From: Eledone cirrhosa
Taxonomy: Eukaryota
Direction: 5' to 3'
Assembly: GCA_964016885.1 (NCBI GenBank)
Contig: OZ024752.1
Span: 12,524,001 to 12,588,000, forward strand
Length of the DNA: 64,000 bases
The notes beneath the pieces were generated by a model, which was not told the DNA's origin, ran no database searches, and saw only the letters and a list, made by a program, of their open reading frames with translations. Below, in pieces: positions 63,735-64,000 of this stretch. Position numbers and translations under genes: made by a program. Numbering within the stretch: the first letter of the stretch is position 1; the number at the start of each line of letters is the position of its first letter.

Positions 63735-63870
63735 CTACAGCTGAGTAAACTGGAGCAATGTGAAATAAAGTGTCTTGCTCAAGGAAACAACACATCACCT
63801 GGTCTGAGAATTGAACTCACAACCTTACGATTGCAAGCCCAATGCTCTAACCACTAAGCCATGTGCCTCC
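63735..63870 (-). mobile_element. tRNA-derived SINE, second family (5' part; also ~54190-54250 +)
   Basis: Minus strand tggcttagtggttagagc...gagttcaattc A/B boxes. Confidence 0.65.
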
Positions 63871-63874
63871 ATCA

Positions 63875-64000
63875 ACTGTCGGATCGGCAAAGGAGCCGCA
63901 GTTTTCCAGCGGCTGTGCCCTGTCTGGTCGTCTTCATGCATTAGTACCAAGACCAAGCTCCGTCTGTACAAGAGCATCGTGCTGCCGACAGTGCTTTGTG
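63875..64000 (+). mobile_element. RTE-like LINE RT C-terminal fragment (runs off window)
   Basis: VWSSSCISTKTKLRLYKSIVLPTVL. Confidence 0.6.

Overview
AT-rich, microsatellite- and retroelement-dense eukaryotic DNA. The SINE/RTE repertoire looks like a cephalopod, probably Octopus (inferred, not verified). There is one host gene on the + strand: a spliced ankyrin-repeat protein of the nuclear IkB type (Bcl-3/IkBzeta/IkBNS-like, ~1022 aa; coding exons 43101-45384, 51106-51305, 53419-53508, 54011-54146, 54901-55259). It has a candidate promoter/first exon near 30.5-30.76 kb and an intron just after the stop codon. The rest is a decayed CRE-clade retrotransposon, many RTE/CR1 LINE fragments, tRNA-derived SINEs, hAT- and piggyBac-type MITEs and TE-derived minisatellites. 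The most striking hidden signal is a dense set of type I hammerhead ribozyme motifs. By eye I count 14 with intact CUGANGA/GAAA/NUH cores and three pairing stems, plus several degenerate or half copies, in about 10 sequence families. Most sit in non-coding fold-back (palindromic) or inverted-repeat elements resembling Penelope-like pLTRs, and several fold-back axes fall inside ribozyme helices. Most long ORFs in the ORF track are microsatellite or minisatellite artefacts.
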